From Weeksellaceae bacterium (GTDB lineage: Bacteria; Bacteroidota; Bacteroidia; Flavobacteriales; Weeksellaceae): 64,000 nt of DNA. Of the stretch, positions 30,992 through 39,918 are shown in pieces (positions within the stretch are counted from its first letter, which is position 1; each line of letters starts with the position of its first letter). The notes below the pieces were generated by a model that was not told where the DNA came from, searched no databases, and was given only the letters and a program-made list of their open reading frames with translations. The stretch is taken from the NCBI GenBank assembly GCA_041677705.1, contig JBAYPM010000005.1:23102-87101 (forward strand), read 5' to 3'. The position numbers and the translations under genes were made by a program.

Positions 30992-32017
30992 TCATAGCTC
31001 ATTTATTTCCTTTTCAATCAAACGATATTTATCTTTGATATCTTCTCCTGAATAAAAGTCTAGCAAGTCTTTTTTAGTTAGTGTTCCTTGGCTTAAGAAA
31101 CGTTTTAAATATTCCTGATTAAACTCCATTAGAAGAATGGATTTTTCTAATTGTTTTAGAATTGCTTTGTTGTTATCAATGTTGTTTAGAACCAAAGATT
31201 TTATTGCCAGAATTTCATTAATATCTTTAATGATACGGTTTACTATCACCGCCAAAATATCTTTGTCTAACTCAACTTTCGTAGCATTTAAAGCAATGTC
31301 ACGAGCTAACATATACGCAATAGCCAAATTGCTGTAATCTCCTTTTTGAGAATTGATAATAGCAACGAATCCAATACTAGGGATATACCCCACGTTTTCA
31401 TAGTTCCTTAAGATTGAATTTTCTATTAATGAAATATCAAATACAATTATACTTACTTTACTATCTCTATTGGCTTGTGCTTCAATTAGCTGACTCCAAG
31501 CGGTATCTGTTTTTCGTGTAAAGACGTCTTTACTTTCAATATCTCCCAAACGAATACTTTTATCAAATTTGCACTCAATGGCAATTTTCAAATCGGGCGT
31601 TCCATTCACTTCACAAATAATATCACCCGTTTTATTTTTGGGTAAATTGCCTGTAGTATTACCTGTTAAAAACGCTCTGTCTTTTAATTTTTTGTCTGCA
31701 AAATATTGATTTAAAAATTCTGCAATTTCTTCCTCAGCCAATGTTCCTTTGATAGTTGACTTGTAGAAAAGTTCTTTCTTCATTTCAAAAATCATCTTCA
31801 AACTTTCGAGCTCTGTTCCCAACTCATTTGATGTTTTTGAAAGGAAAGATGAAATACGGTCTTCCATTAGGGCCAATACACCAATGTAAATGGCTCTTAG
31901 CAATTTTTCATCTCTTTCACTTGCAGGAAGATTATCAAAGTAATTAAAAACGATTTGATTTTCGATTTCAAATTCTTTGATTTCAATTCTTTTGAGTTGT
32001 TGGTTTATTTTAAGCAT
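30992..32017 (-). CDS. Coiled-coil plus PD-(D/E)XK (RmuC/restriction-endonuclease-like) nuclease
   Basis: KGTLAEEEI, KTGDII, IAIECK. Confidence 0.65.
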   Translation of the reverse strand: MLKINQQLKRIEIKEFEIENQIVFNYFDNLPASERDEKLLRAIYIGVLALMEDRISSFLSKTSNELGTELESLKMIFEMKKELFYKSTIKGTLAEEEIAEFLNQYFADKKLKDRAFLTGNTTGNLPKNKTGDIICEVNGTPDLKIAIECKFDKSIRLGDIESKDVFTRKTDTAWSQLIEAQANRDSKVSIIVFDISLIENSILRNYENVGYIPSIGFVAIINSQKGDYSNLAIAYMLARDIALNATKVELDKDILAVIVNRIIKDINEILAIKSLVLNNIDNNKAILKQLEKSILLMEFNQEYLKRFLSQGTLTKKDLLDFYSGEDIKDKYRLIEKEINEL

Positions 32018-32019
32018 TT

Positions 32020-32229
32020 CTAAACCTTTGAATATCTATAAACCCCTTTTATGTTTTGTGCCAAATACTTACCGTGAGAGTCAGCCTGCATTAGGTCTCT
32101 ATAAATATGTTGTGGTACGTCAAAATACTGGTAAATAGAATTGTTTAAAAATTCAATCTCCAAAGTTGATGATGCCTCATCATAGCCTATTGACGCTATG
32201 TTTGATGATGTTACTGATTTTCTTTCCAT
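32020..32229 (-). CDS. KTSC domain protein
   Basis: SSNIASIGYD...LEIEF...YQYFDVP..IY..LM.ADSHGKY. Confidence 0.92.
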   Translation of the reverse strand: MERKSVTSSNIASIGYDEASSTLEIEFLNNSIYQYFDVPQHIYRDLMQADSHGKYLAQNIKGVYRYSKV

Positions 32230-32237
32230 TTTTATAT

Positions 32238-34103
32238 TTATTTAATTATACGTTCAATTTTAGGGTTTTGAGCTCTCCAAGTTTCAACAAATTCTTCATA
32301 ATTTGGGTTTTCTTCCATTTTGTTACCCCATCCACCTGGATGCAGAGAGTTTTCAGATGCAATTTCATCAAAAATAATAGGGTCTTGACTGTCGGGGCGT
32401 CTATCTTTCGGTGGGGCTTTTATAAAAGTTCGCATTGGTAACTTAACGGCTTCACCTAAGATAATTGCTTCTCCTGTTTTTAGAATTGGTAGCATACTTG
32501 TAAGACCTTCAAGATTATCAGAAACAGCACCAGTTATATGTCCTCGGTCAGAAGAATTTGAAAGTCTTAGTGCAAAGAAAGTTCCACATTGTGAAAGTAT
32601 TGTAGAATTAATTTCCGAAGGCCTTTGACTAACTATCATAGCTCCAATACCGTACTTTCTTCCTTCCTTTACTATTTTTTGAACAATAGAGAGTGCACTT
32701 CCTTCGGAATTCAAATAATTATGCGCCTCTTCCATTAATAGTAATAAAGGTCTTTCTTTTCCACCTTGGGAAAGATTTCTTGCCCAAAATAGACCATCAT
32801 AAACTATTCTAAGCAAAACTCCTATTATAGTATTTAAAATTGTGATTGGAACGCCTGATAAGTCTAGAATTGTAATTGATTTATCACTCCCAACCCAACC
32901 TTTAATTAAAGTATCTAAATCTTCATCCGTTTTTCCGTCTTGCTTAGGCATCCAATTCCCTGGCTTAAATATGAAGTCATATCTTGGAATCCTTAATTTG
33001 GAACCTAATGAATGTAATTGTTGACTACTTCCTAAAGGCGATTCGTTTGGATGCTGAACTCTATCGCCATTAGCCTTGTTTGTATTGATTTTTTTAAAGA
33101 CAGGTGGTGTAGCAGTTTCTGGGTTTCCTTTTAACTCATTTCCATCTTTGTCTATTTCGTATGCTAAAGGCTTTCCATCTTTATCTGGATAAAATTTCCC
33201 TAACGTTTGAGTGTATAGATCAAACCATAAATGATTAATACTAAATGGGACTGGAGAGTCAACATTTATCGTTTCTTTATCAACCCCTTTAAGAGGATAT
33301 TTTTCGATAGTCTTAATTTTTTCTTGTAGAATTCTTTCGAGAATAGTATTTTGGTCTTTTTCGTTATTAAATTTCCCAAAACTTATTTCACATAATTCCT
33401 CAAAACTTAATGCCCAAAAAGGTAAATACAATTCTTTTTCTTTTCTGTCAACACTTTTGTCTGCATTTATTTTATAAATATTTGCTTTGTCTTTTAGTGC
33501 CTGACTGTACTCGCCGTGAATATCAAAAACCAAAATGCGGGATGAAGGATATTTTGTTGTATCAGATAGCGCATTTAATAGACTTGCTACTGTTGTTGAT
33601 TTTCCTGACCCTGTAGTGCCAACAACAGCAGAATGTCTTGTTATTAATTTGTTTACATCAACTAATGCTGGAATAGATTCGGCACCTGCTATATACCCAA
33701 CATTCACAAAATAAGGTTTGTCTGGTTGTCCGTATATTCTTTTTAAATCTTCCTCTGAAACTAAATGAACCTCGTCACTTATAGTTGGATATTGGGAAAT
33801 ACCTCTATGAAATTCACCTGATCTTTGTCCTTCACCAACTAATTGAATTGTAATCCACCTATTGCCATATGGTTGATTTGGAATTTGATTTTCAGGTACA
33901 GCACCTGCTCCAACTTGTGTAATAATGCCAAATAAATAATTGTAACCAATAGGGATTTTCACAAAACTTCCAATTTGTCCAATTCGATAACCTTCACCGT
34001 TAACATAAGTCAAACCTGATAGTGAATCATTAACCATTGCTACCCTTATAGTTGTCCCAGTTACATCTTGAACTGTTCCTAAATATGTAGAATTATTTTT
34101 CAT
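32238..34103 (-). CDS. herA: HerA/FtsK-family ATPase (HAS barrel + DUF87)
   Basis: N-terminal GQIGSFVKI barrel, Walker A GTTGSGKST, Walker B LMEEAH, KEGRKYG, SQRPSEI. Confidence 0.92.
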   Translation of the reverse strand: MKNNSTYLGTVQDVTGTTIRVAMVNDSLSGLTYVNGEGYRIGQIGSFVKIPIGYNYLFGIITQVGAGAVPENQIPNQPYGNRWITIQLVGEGQRSGEFHRGISQYPTISDEVHLVSEEDLKRIYGQPDKPYFVNVGYIAGAESIPALVDVNKLITRHSAVVGTTGSGKSTTVASLLNALSDTTKYPSSRILVFDIHGEYSQALKDKANIYKINADKSVDRKEKELYLPFWALSFEELCEISFGKFNNEKDQNTILERILQEKIKTIEKYPLKGVDKETINVDSPVPFSINHLWFDLYTQTLGKFYPDKDGKPLAYEIDKDGNELKGNPETATPPVFKKINTNKANGDRVQHPNESPLGSSQQLHSLGSKLRIPRYDFIFKPGNWMPKQDGKTDEDLDTLIKGWVGSDKSITILDLSGVPITILNTIIGVLLRIVYDGLFWARNLSQGGKERPLLLLMEEAHNYLNSEGSALSIVQKIVKEGRKYGIGAMIVSQRPSEINSTILSQCGTFFALRLSNSSDRGHITGAVSDNLEGLTSMLPILKTGEAIILGEAVKLPMRTFIKAPPKDRRPDSQDPIIFDEIASENSLHPGGWGNKMEENPNYEEFVETWRAQNPKIERIIK

Positions 34104-35313
34104 CTAATTTAGTTTGATTGTAACCGATTAATGCTTGAAGAAAATCTCCCAATATAGAAAAATCTCCTAGTTTTAAGAGATGCTTCTCTTCTGTATCTTC
34201 ATCGGATTTAATTTTTTGAATGCAATTGGCTAAGTTATCTTCATCTTCCATTTCAGATGGGGTTTTCCATTTAGCTCTTACTGTTCCTATTATTGCTTCA
34301 TCAAAAGACCATAAAGCAAGATTATTTCTGTTTAGTGCCAATTGCATAGCTTTTGGATAACGTTCAATTTTCTTTTCATCTTTTTCATAGGTTAAAGTGT
34401 CAAATAGTAAAGCAATAGCCATAGAGTTTGGATTAGCTTTTAACGCATTCAAGATAGTATCATTCAAATGTTCATCATTAAATGAATAACCAATTAATAC
34501 CATCAGCGAATTAGGTTGCCTTAGAAATTTATTAAGTTGGTCTATTAAAGCTAAATATGGCATTTTTCTACTTTGCTCATACTTTAAGTGAGAAGGATAT
34601 ATCAGAGAAGAATCTCCGCTTTCCTTTGTAGCTATTGATCTATAGACTTCTTTGCTCTCTTTTTGAAACCAATTTATAGATCCGTGTATCTTCCATAATC
34701 GCGTCCAATGCTTGGGTATCAAGTTGTCCTCTACTGCACGTAAGTCAAAAAAAGATTGTCTTGAGCCTACAAAACCATCAAAGTAGGGGATTGACAAGGC
34801 CTCAAAGGCTTCTTCTAGTAGTACGTCGTAATTAGTAGTAAAAACTTCAATGGGTTTTTCTCTATCAATTGAAATCCATTGTGCGAGTTTGTGATATGGC
34901 GTGTCATTATCAGGAAGATTTACCATAAGTTTTTCAACTATCTTCCTGCAAATATTCTTTTCGAGCTCTATCAAGTTTTCATTTGTAAATCCTCTAACAG
35001 AATTACCGATTGAAACTTCTTTCAATCCACGAAGAAAACTCAATATATCTTCAATATTATTACTATCCTTTTGAGAAAGAATTACTTCGTCAACGAGTCT
35101 GTCATAATCATTTTTTGTGTCTGTTTCTGACTTTAGTTCTTTGGTGACAAATTCGGTTAGTTTTGCGACATCAGGAATTAATGGCCATTTGCCTTCTGGC
35201 ATCTTTACAGCAAGTGGACAACCTGCCGAAATAAAAAATCCTAATGGTTTTTTGTCTTGAGATAATGTTTGCCTCAGAAACTTTATATGCTTTACGGGGT
35301 CGTGTGTAATCAT
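34093..35313 (-). CDS. SIR2_2-family sirtuin (predicted NADase of a SIR2-HerA defence system)
   Basis: SAGC, FTTNYD, KIHGSINW, IGYSFNDEH; overlaps the HerA start. Confidence 0.9.
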   Translation of the reverse strand: MITHDPVKHIKFLRQTLSQDKKPLGFFISAGCPLAVKMPEGKWPLIPDVAKLTEFVTKELKSETDTKNDYDRLVDEVILSQKDSNNIEDILSFLRGLKEVSIGNSVRGFTNENLIELEKNICRKIVEKLMVNLPDNDTPYHKLAQWISIDREKPIEVFTTNYDVLLEEAFEALSIPYFDGFVGSRQSFFDLRAVEDNLIPKHWTRLWKIHGSINWFQKESKEVYRSIATKESGDSSLIYPSHLKYEQSRKMPYLALIDQLNKFLRQPNSLMVLIGYSFNDEHLNDTILNALKANPNSMAIALLFDTLTYEKDEKKIERYPKAMQLALNRNNLALWSFDEAIIGTVRAKWKTPSEMEDEDNLANCIQKIKSDEDTEEKHLLKLGDFSILGDFLQALIGYNQTKLDEK

Positions 35314-35422
35314 ATTTTCAAACTATTTATTCCTATTTAACCTCTATTTCAATAACTTTCTCCAAATACTATCAGCTGGTCTTATTTCCCTAGTGAAACC
35401 GTATAAGAAGCCGAAACGTTAG

Positions 35423-37480
35423 TTACAGGGCTTTTAATTCTTCAAATTCTTGTGGAATACTCAATCCTTTTTTGTAATTTTCAATATTTGAATGATTTCT
35501 GTATTTTCCAATTAATGTATTTATCGTTATAGCTGTAAAAAGAAAAACAATTATTGAAAAGCTACCAGAAATTAGAATGTTTGTTTGTAGTGTTTTGAAG
35601 TATTCAATGGCGTCATTAATATTCCAATTTGAGTTAATCAAAAGATATAATATACCACCTATAAACAGTCCAATACCAAAAAAAAGCTCAATCCAACTTT
35701 TTCTTCTCCATTTTGATACCTCCTTCTTAATCCATTCATCTCTTAAAAGTTTTCGAGAGTAATTCTGTTCAATTAGTAGTTTGTTTTCAAGTTCTGATAC
35801 TTTTTTATTGCTCTCATTTCTTTCTTCCAAAACTTGACCAAATACTTTGATTTTGTTGTCATAATTTATCTTGGACTTTTCAAGTTCATCAGTTCGCAAT
35901 GCAATATCCTTAAAAACTTTTTCTAATTTTTTAATTCTACTCTCTTCAAGTCGTTTTTGTTTTTCAGCCTCTCCTTCAAGTCGTTTTACAAATTGTTCTT
36001 TGTCTTTTTCAGCAAGAATATTTAACTCCTCAATATCTTTTAATTGTTTATTTGTAATTCTTGTTGCAACTCTTACAATATCGGCATCACTTATAGCCTC
36101 CTTTGCATATTTATGAATATTATTATCTAACTCTCTTAAAATATTTGATTTGGGTAAATTTTTGTTTAGTGTTAATGATATTATTGAAGTTAAACCAATC
36201 TCTGCTAAATCTCCCCCTTCAATTTCTCTATTTGTTTGAGGATTACTTAACCATAAAATATTCAACAAATCGTCAGCTTTTATAGTTTCTGGCTGAAACC
36301 CCTCTTTTAAAAAGATATTATCTCCTTCAACAGAAGCTGAATTATTAACAAACCAAGCATTTACTTTTTCAAAATCCTTAATCCTTTTACCTCTTTTCTT
36401 TTTGATGTAAAGAATTGCAACTGCATCGTGTAATGCAGATTTTCTCGTGGTTCTAACCTGTTCGAAAATTTTAAATTCATCGGTAAATTTTGCCTCATTT
36501 TTTAATTTGTCTGTATTATACAATACACTTATACCAAATTCATGTATTGAACTTTCCAGATTGTCCGCAACGCGCTCTAAATCTGTTTTAGAAAAACCTT
36601 TTCTATCACAAGCGTTATACACGTCTTCTGGATTAACTTTTTTCTGTAAAAAAGATTTGTCAAAAAATGCGGCCTTTGTTTCTAAAAGATTTTTAGTTTC
36701 TTCTATTGTGTCTTTTAAAACATGGATTTTAAAGCCTTGCTGTTTACTAATTTTTACTAAAGTTCTACAAGTGTGAGTTGATTCAGGTGTGTTCAAGTCT
36801 AACAATGCAACAATAAAATTAGTATCCAATAATAGCTCTATTTCACTTTTCACACTGTCTGGATTGTACTCAATGTAGCCAGATATGATTGAGCCTAGAT
36901 AAATATTTTTAATTCTGTCGTAAATTGTGGGTATTCTTCTGAAGAAATTAATAAATTGAGCTTCTGCTGTATAGTCCTCGCCATTAATATGTTGATTATT
37001 GGATATGTATTTTGAAAGAGTGAATTTATTCTTCTCAATAAAATTGAAGATAGTATTTCCATTTTCGATTTCTAATTCAGATGTTTCGCAAAATTTTTTA
37101 AATAATTCTTCTAGTTCATTTATTTCATTTTCTTGATTTGCAATAATATCCTCAAAGTCGGTAAATGTATATTGATTAATACTAAAAGCACCATCTTTAT
37201 ATAGTATAAAATGCGTTGTTTCTTCTGTATTTACTTCCTTACAAATTTCTTCTAGGATTTTTTTCAAAACGGGAATTGGGAAGTCTAAAGAATACAGAGA
37301 GTCTGTTTTGCTTTTTATTTCTAAAATACTTTTTCCTTTAAAAATTCCTTCAATGTTCATCTTTGATAGGGCCCTCTTAACAAGAGGGATAAATATATCA
37401 ATTGGACCTTTTACTAATGTCCCAGTATTTCGAATATGAGCCAACAAGCCATAAGTTACTGCTCTTTCCTTATTATTCAT
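35423..37480 (-). CDS. Large protein: central PIN-like domain, coiled coil, two C-terminal TM helices
   Basis: LLLDTNFIVALL, DTIEE, ALHDA acidic motifs; charged heptad region; WIELFFGIGLFIGGILYLLI and ILISGSFSIIVFLFTAITI. Confidence 0.65.
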   Translation of the reverse strand: MNNKERAVTYGLLAHIRNTGTLVKGPIDIFIPLVKRALSKMNIEGIFKGKSILEIKSKTDSLYSLDFPIPVLKKILEEICKEVNTEETTHFILYKDGAFSINQYTFTDFEDIIANQENEINELEELFKKFCETSELEIENGNTIFNFIEKNKFTLSKYISNNQHINGEDYTAEAQFINFFRRIPTIYDRIKNIYLGSIISGYIEYNPDSVKSEIELLLDTNFIVALLDLNTPESTHTCRTLVKISKQQGFKIHVLKDTIEETKNLLETKAAFFDKSFLQKKVNPEDVYNACDRKGFSKTDLERVADNLESSIHEFGISVLYNTDKLKNEAKFTDEFKIFEQVRTTRKSALHDAVAILYIKKKRGKRIKDFEKVNAWFVNNSASVEGDNIFLKEGFQPETIKADDLLNILWLSNPQTNREIEGGDLAEIGLTSIISLTLNKNLPKSNILRELDNNIHKYAKEAISDADIVRVATRITNKQLKDIEELNILAEKDKEQFVKRLEGEAEKQKRLEESRIKKLEKVFKDIALRTDELEKSKINYDNKIKVFGQVLEERNESNKKVSELENKLLIEQNYSRKLLRDEWIKKEVSKWRRKSWIELFFGIGLFIGGILYLLINSNWNINDAIEYFKTLQTNILISGSFSIIVFLFTAITINTLIGKYRNHSNIENYKKGLSIPQEFEELKAL

Positions 37481-37604
37481 TATTTCTATGGTTCTGATTT
37501 TCAAGCTTTGCCTATTACTCCCAAATATCTAAAATATTCTCAAATTTCACAAAAAAATTCATAAATTAGACCCGTAAGATTCAATAATTTGTTTGACATA
37601 ATCT

Positions 37605-38075
37605 ATGACAACAACTTCCAAAATATTATATCTTACATTTTTCTTATTACCACTTCTTGCCTACTCGCAAGTCACGGCAAAAGTTGTTGGTATAAAAGAC
37701 GGAGATACTATTGTCGTACTTCTAAAAAATAAAACCCAACAAACCCTTCGATTAGCAGAAGTAGATTGCCCTGAAAATGGTCAAGCCTTTGCAAGAAACG
37801 CAAAACAGTTTACTTCAGATGCCGTTTTTAGAAAAGAAATAACATATATAGAAACAGATCGGGACAGGTGGGGACGCATAATCGCCAAGGTATATTACGA
37901 TGACAATTTATACCTCTCTGCGGAAATCATAAAAGCAGGTATGGGATGGTGGTATTATAGATATTCTGATGATGAAAGTTTAGGCGATTTAGAAAATGAT
38001 GCTAAAACAAATAACCGAGGTTTATGGCAAGACTCCAATGCAATTGCCCCATGGGAATTTAGGAAATTAAAATAA
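37605..38075 (+). CDS. Thermonuclease (SNase-like) with signal peptide
   Basis: IKDGDTI, RLAEVDCPE, DRWGRIIA, GLWQD..PWEFR. Confidence 0.92.
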   Translation: MTTTSKILYLTFFLLPLLAYSQVTAKVVGIKDGDTIVVLLKNKTQQTLRLAEVDCPENGQAFARNAKQFTSDAVFRKEITYIETDRDRWGRIIAKVYYDDNLYLSAEIIKAGMGWWYYRYSDDESLGDLENDAKTNNRGLWQDSNAIAPWEFRKLK

Positions 38076-38414
38076 TTTCATTTATTCTTTGTTTCATATC
38101 CACATAATATTTTTCCTTTTTACCTGTAAGTTTATTGTCCAGTTTATAACATTCTTCAACAATTTGAAGAATTTCCCTCTTCTCTTTCACGACTAATAAC
38201 TCACAAAAATTTAGGTTTAGAAATTGTATAACTTCTATTAGCTTATTCCATCCACTAAAATGTCAGCTCTTTCTATACGACCAACTGATGTGTTTGTAGA
38301 GCCAATCCTTAAAGCAAGATCAAATTGGGAAATACCCAATTTTAAACGAGCAAGCTTAATTCTATGCCCAAGATAAATATTAACCTTCTTAAATTCTTTC
38401 TCGCTGAATATCAT
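38059..38414 (-). pseudogene. Frameshifted XRE-family HTH regulator
   Basis: MIFSEKEFKK...LGHRIKLARLKLGISQFDLALRIGSTNTSVGRIERA, then continues in another frame (GWNKLIEVIQFLNLNFCEL...) after about 38263; not in ORF track. Confidence 0.65.
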
Positions 38415-38423
38415 ACTTCTATA

Positions 38424-38675
38424 TTAGTAATTAAATAAATCCCTCAAAGAAACATTTAGGACTTTAGATAGTGCCAATAGGGTTTCAAATGAAGGATTTG
38501 TCTCTCCTCTCTCAATCTCCCCAATTGTTTTTTTAGACAAATATTCACTTCTATCACTTAATTCTTGTTGTGATATTGACCTATTATTATATTCAGTGCT
38601 TTTGATTTTCTTTCTTAATTTAAGAACATGCTTACCAAGCTTCTCTTTCTCAATTTCAAAATCTATTTTATTCAT
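38424..38675 (-). CDS. XRE-family HTH regulator
   Basis: LGKHVLKLR...SQQELS...TIGEIERGETNPSFETLLALSKVL; start placed at MNKIDF. Confidence 0.88.
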   Translation of the reverse strand: MNKIDFEIEKEKLGKHVLKLRKKIKSTEYNNRSISQQELSDRSEYLSKKTIGEIERGETNPSFETLLALSKVLNVSLRDLFNY

Positions 38676-38741
38676 TTTATAAATTTCCTTGTTAAAGAGG
38701 AATTTTTTGGTAACGTATAGGGTACTATAAATAATTTTATT

Positions 38742-38749
38742 TATATTTG
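38742..38749 (+). promoter_or_regulatory. -7 promoter box pointing into ncRNA-like copy 1
   Basis: tatatttg (TAnnTTTG), divergent from the XRE gene. Confidence 0.55.
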
Positions 38750-38802
38750 CCTCGAATAACATATTGCAATTCTTCCAATAGGAATAAAATATTGAAGCAA
38801 TT

Positions 38803-38951
38803 GCTTGGAATCTCGCCCGAAAACTGGTAATTTTCAAAGAAACGAGACCAATAAGCAAGATGCTCACGTCCCGGGCGTGGCCTTCTTATCGTTCCTTAGG
38901 CGTACCAGTGCCTCGATTCGGTAAGTTGAGTTCACGCCCTTTTTCTTGCGT
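38803..38951 (+). ncRNA. Candidate structured ncRNA, copy 1
   Basis: Non-coding, strongly similar to 39374..39526; complementary blocks ACTGGTA/TACCAGT and GGGCGTG/CACGCCC; ends in a T run. Confidence 0.6.
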
Positions 38952-38979
38952 AGTAACTCACAGCCATATCATTCTTAAT

Positions 38980-39219
38980 CTAATACTTCTTTATATCGAA
39001 TTCAAAATCAAACAATTGTTTTGGTTGAACATTTAATGCTTGTGCAAATTTCAACAAAGTACTTATTGTGAGATTTATTTTCCCCTGTTCATATCTGCTA
39101 ATTTCTGAATTCTCAATCCCGGTAAGAAAACTTAAGTCATTTTGTGTTTGCTTATTCTTTTCCCGAAATTCTGCAATCTTGTTACCAATTCCCTCTAAAA
39201 AATCGCTTTTAATATCCAT
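38980..39219 (-). CDS. XRE-family HTH regulator
   Basis: IGNKIAEFR...TQNDLSFLTGIENSEISRYEQGKINLTISTLLKFAQAL. Confidence 0.9.
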   Translation of the reverse strand: MDIKSDFLEGIGNKIAEFREKNKQTQNDLSFLTGIENSEISRYEQGKINLTISTLLKFAQALNVQPKQLFDFEFDIKKY

Positions 39220-39300
39220 AGTAAGCTTTGTTTTAAAAGCAATTTCCCTTTATTTTGATAAAATTTTATTGGGATATATCACAATATTGAAATAAATTCT

Positions 39301-39308
39301 TATATTTG
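39301..39308 (+). promoter_or_regulatory. -7 promoter box pointing into ncRNA-like copy 2
   Basis: tatatttg, same arrangement as in copy 1. Confidence 0.55.
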
Positions 39309-39373
39309 TTCAATAGTTACATCAATAGATGTAATTTAGCGATTCTTCGATTAGGAAAATATTAGAAGCTTTC

Positions 39374-39526
39374 GCTTAGAATCTCGCCTTTGGAAACTGG
39401 TAATTTAAATCGGAACGAGAGGATAAGCAGAAGGCTCACGACCGCGGGCGTGGGCTTTCTTACTGTTCCTCGGTATACCAGTACCTCAAAGGCGGTAAGT
39501 TGAGTTCACGCCCTTTTTTCTTGCGT
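39374..39526 (+). ncRNA. Candidate structured ncRNA, copy 2
   Basis: Homologous to 38803..38951 with compensatory changes in the outer helix. Confidence 0.6.
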
Positions 39527-39918
39527 ATTCTTCAACTGATTTTCTAGGCATCTTCTCATTCTTCCGGAGATTGCAACAATTAACTTGTAATAAATCAAAA
39601 AAAAAGTGCCTATGTAAAAAAACATCTGAAACAACTGCAGTAAGAGAAAAATTATTCTTTCACAAACCTGTCCAATAAAGCGTGTGTTAATTATTTGGTC
39701 CCTCTGCTTTGGCTCAAGAAGTCAGGGTAAGCACATCCAAAGCCGACGCAGAGGGTTTTTCAAAAGAAAGAAAAAGGGGCAAAAACACCTTTGCCCGAAC
39801 GATCCACCGCTGCTTACTGTCCCACCATTACATAAAAATGCCCTCTGCAACTGACTTGACAAACAATGCAGAGAGCACGGATTTTAAAATAAAGTATCAC
39901 TAAAACCCATTCAAAATT

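Larger units (their letters stand above)
27130..39600. mobile_element. tRNA-Glu-anchored AT-rich genomic (defence) island; right boundary uncertain and may extend much further
   Basis: Abrupt visual shift to AT-rich sequence right after the tRNA; co-oriented defence-like genes; no integrase or att direct repeat found in the window. Confidence 0.65.

Noticed and set aside
30771-30995. 74-aa minus-strand ORF between the nuclease and BRCT genes
   Set aside because: It spans the palindromic attC-like spacer and has no recognisable domain; probably incidental
38803-39526. Interpretation of the duplicated element as CRISPR, retron msr-msd or type III antitoxin array
   Set aside because: Only two about 150-nt copies with no repeat-spacer periodicity, and no cas, reverse transcriptase or ToxN-like gene nearby
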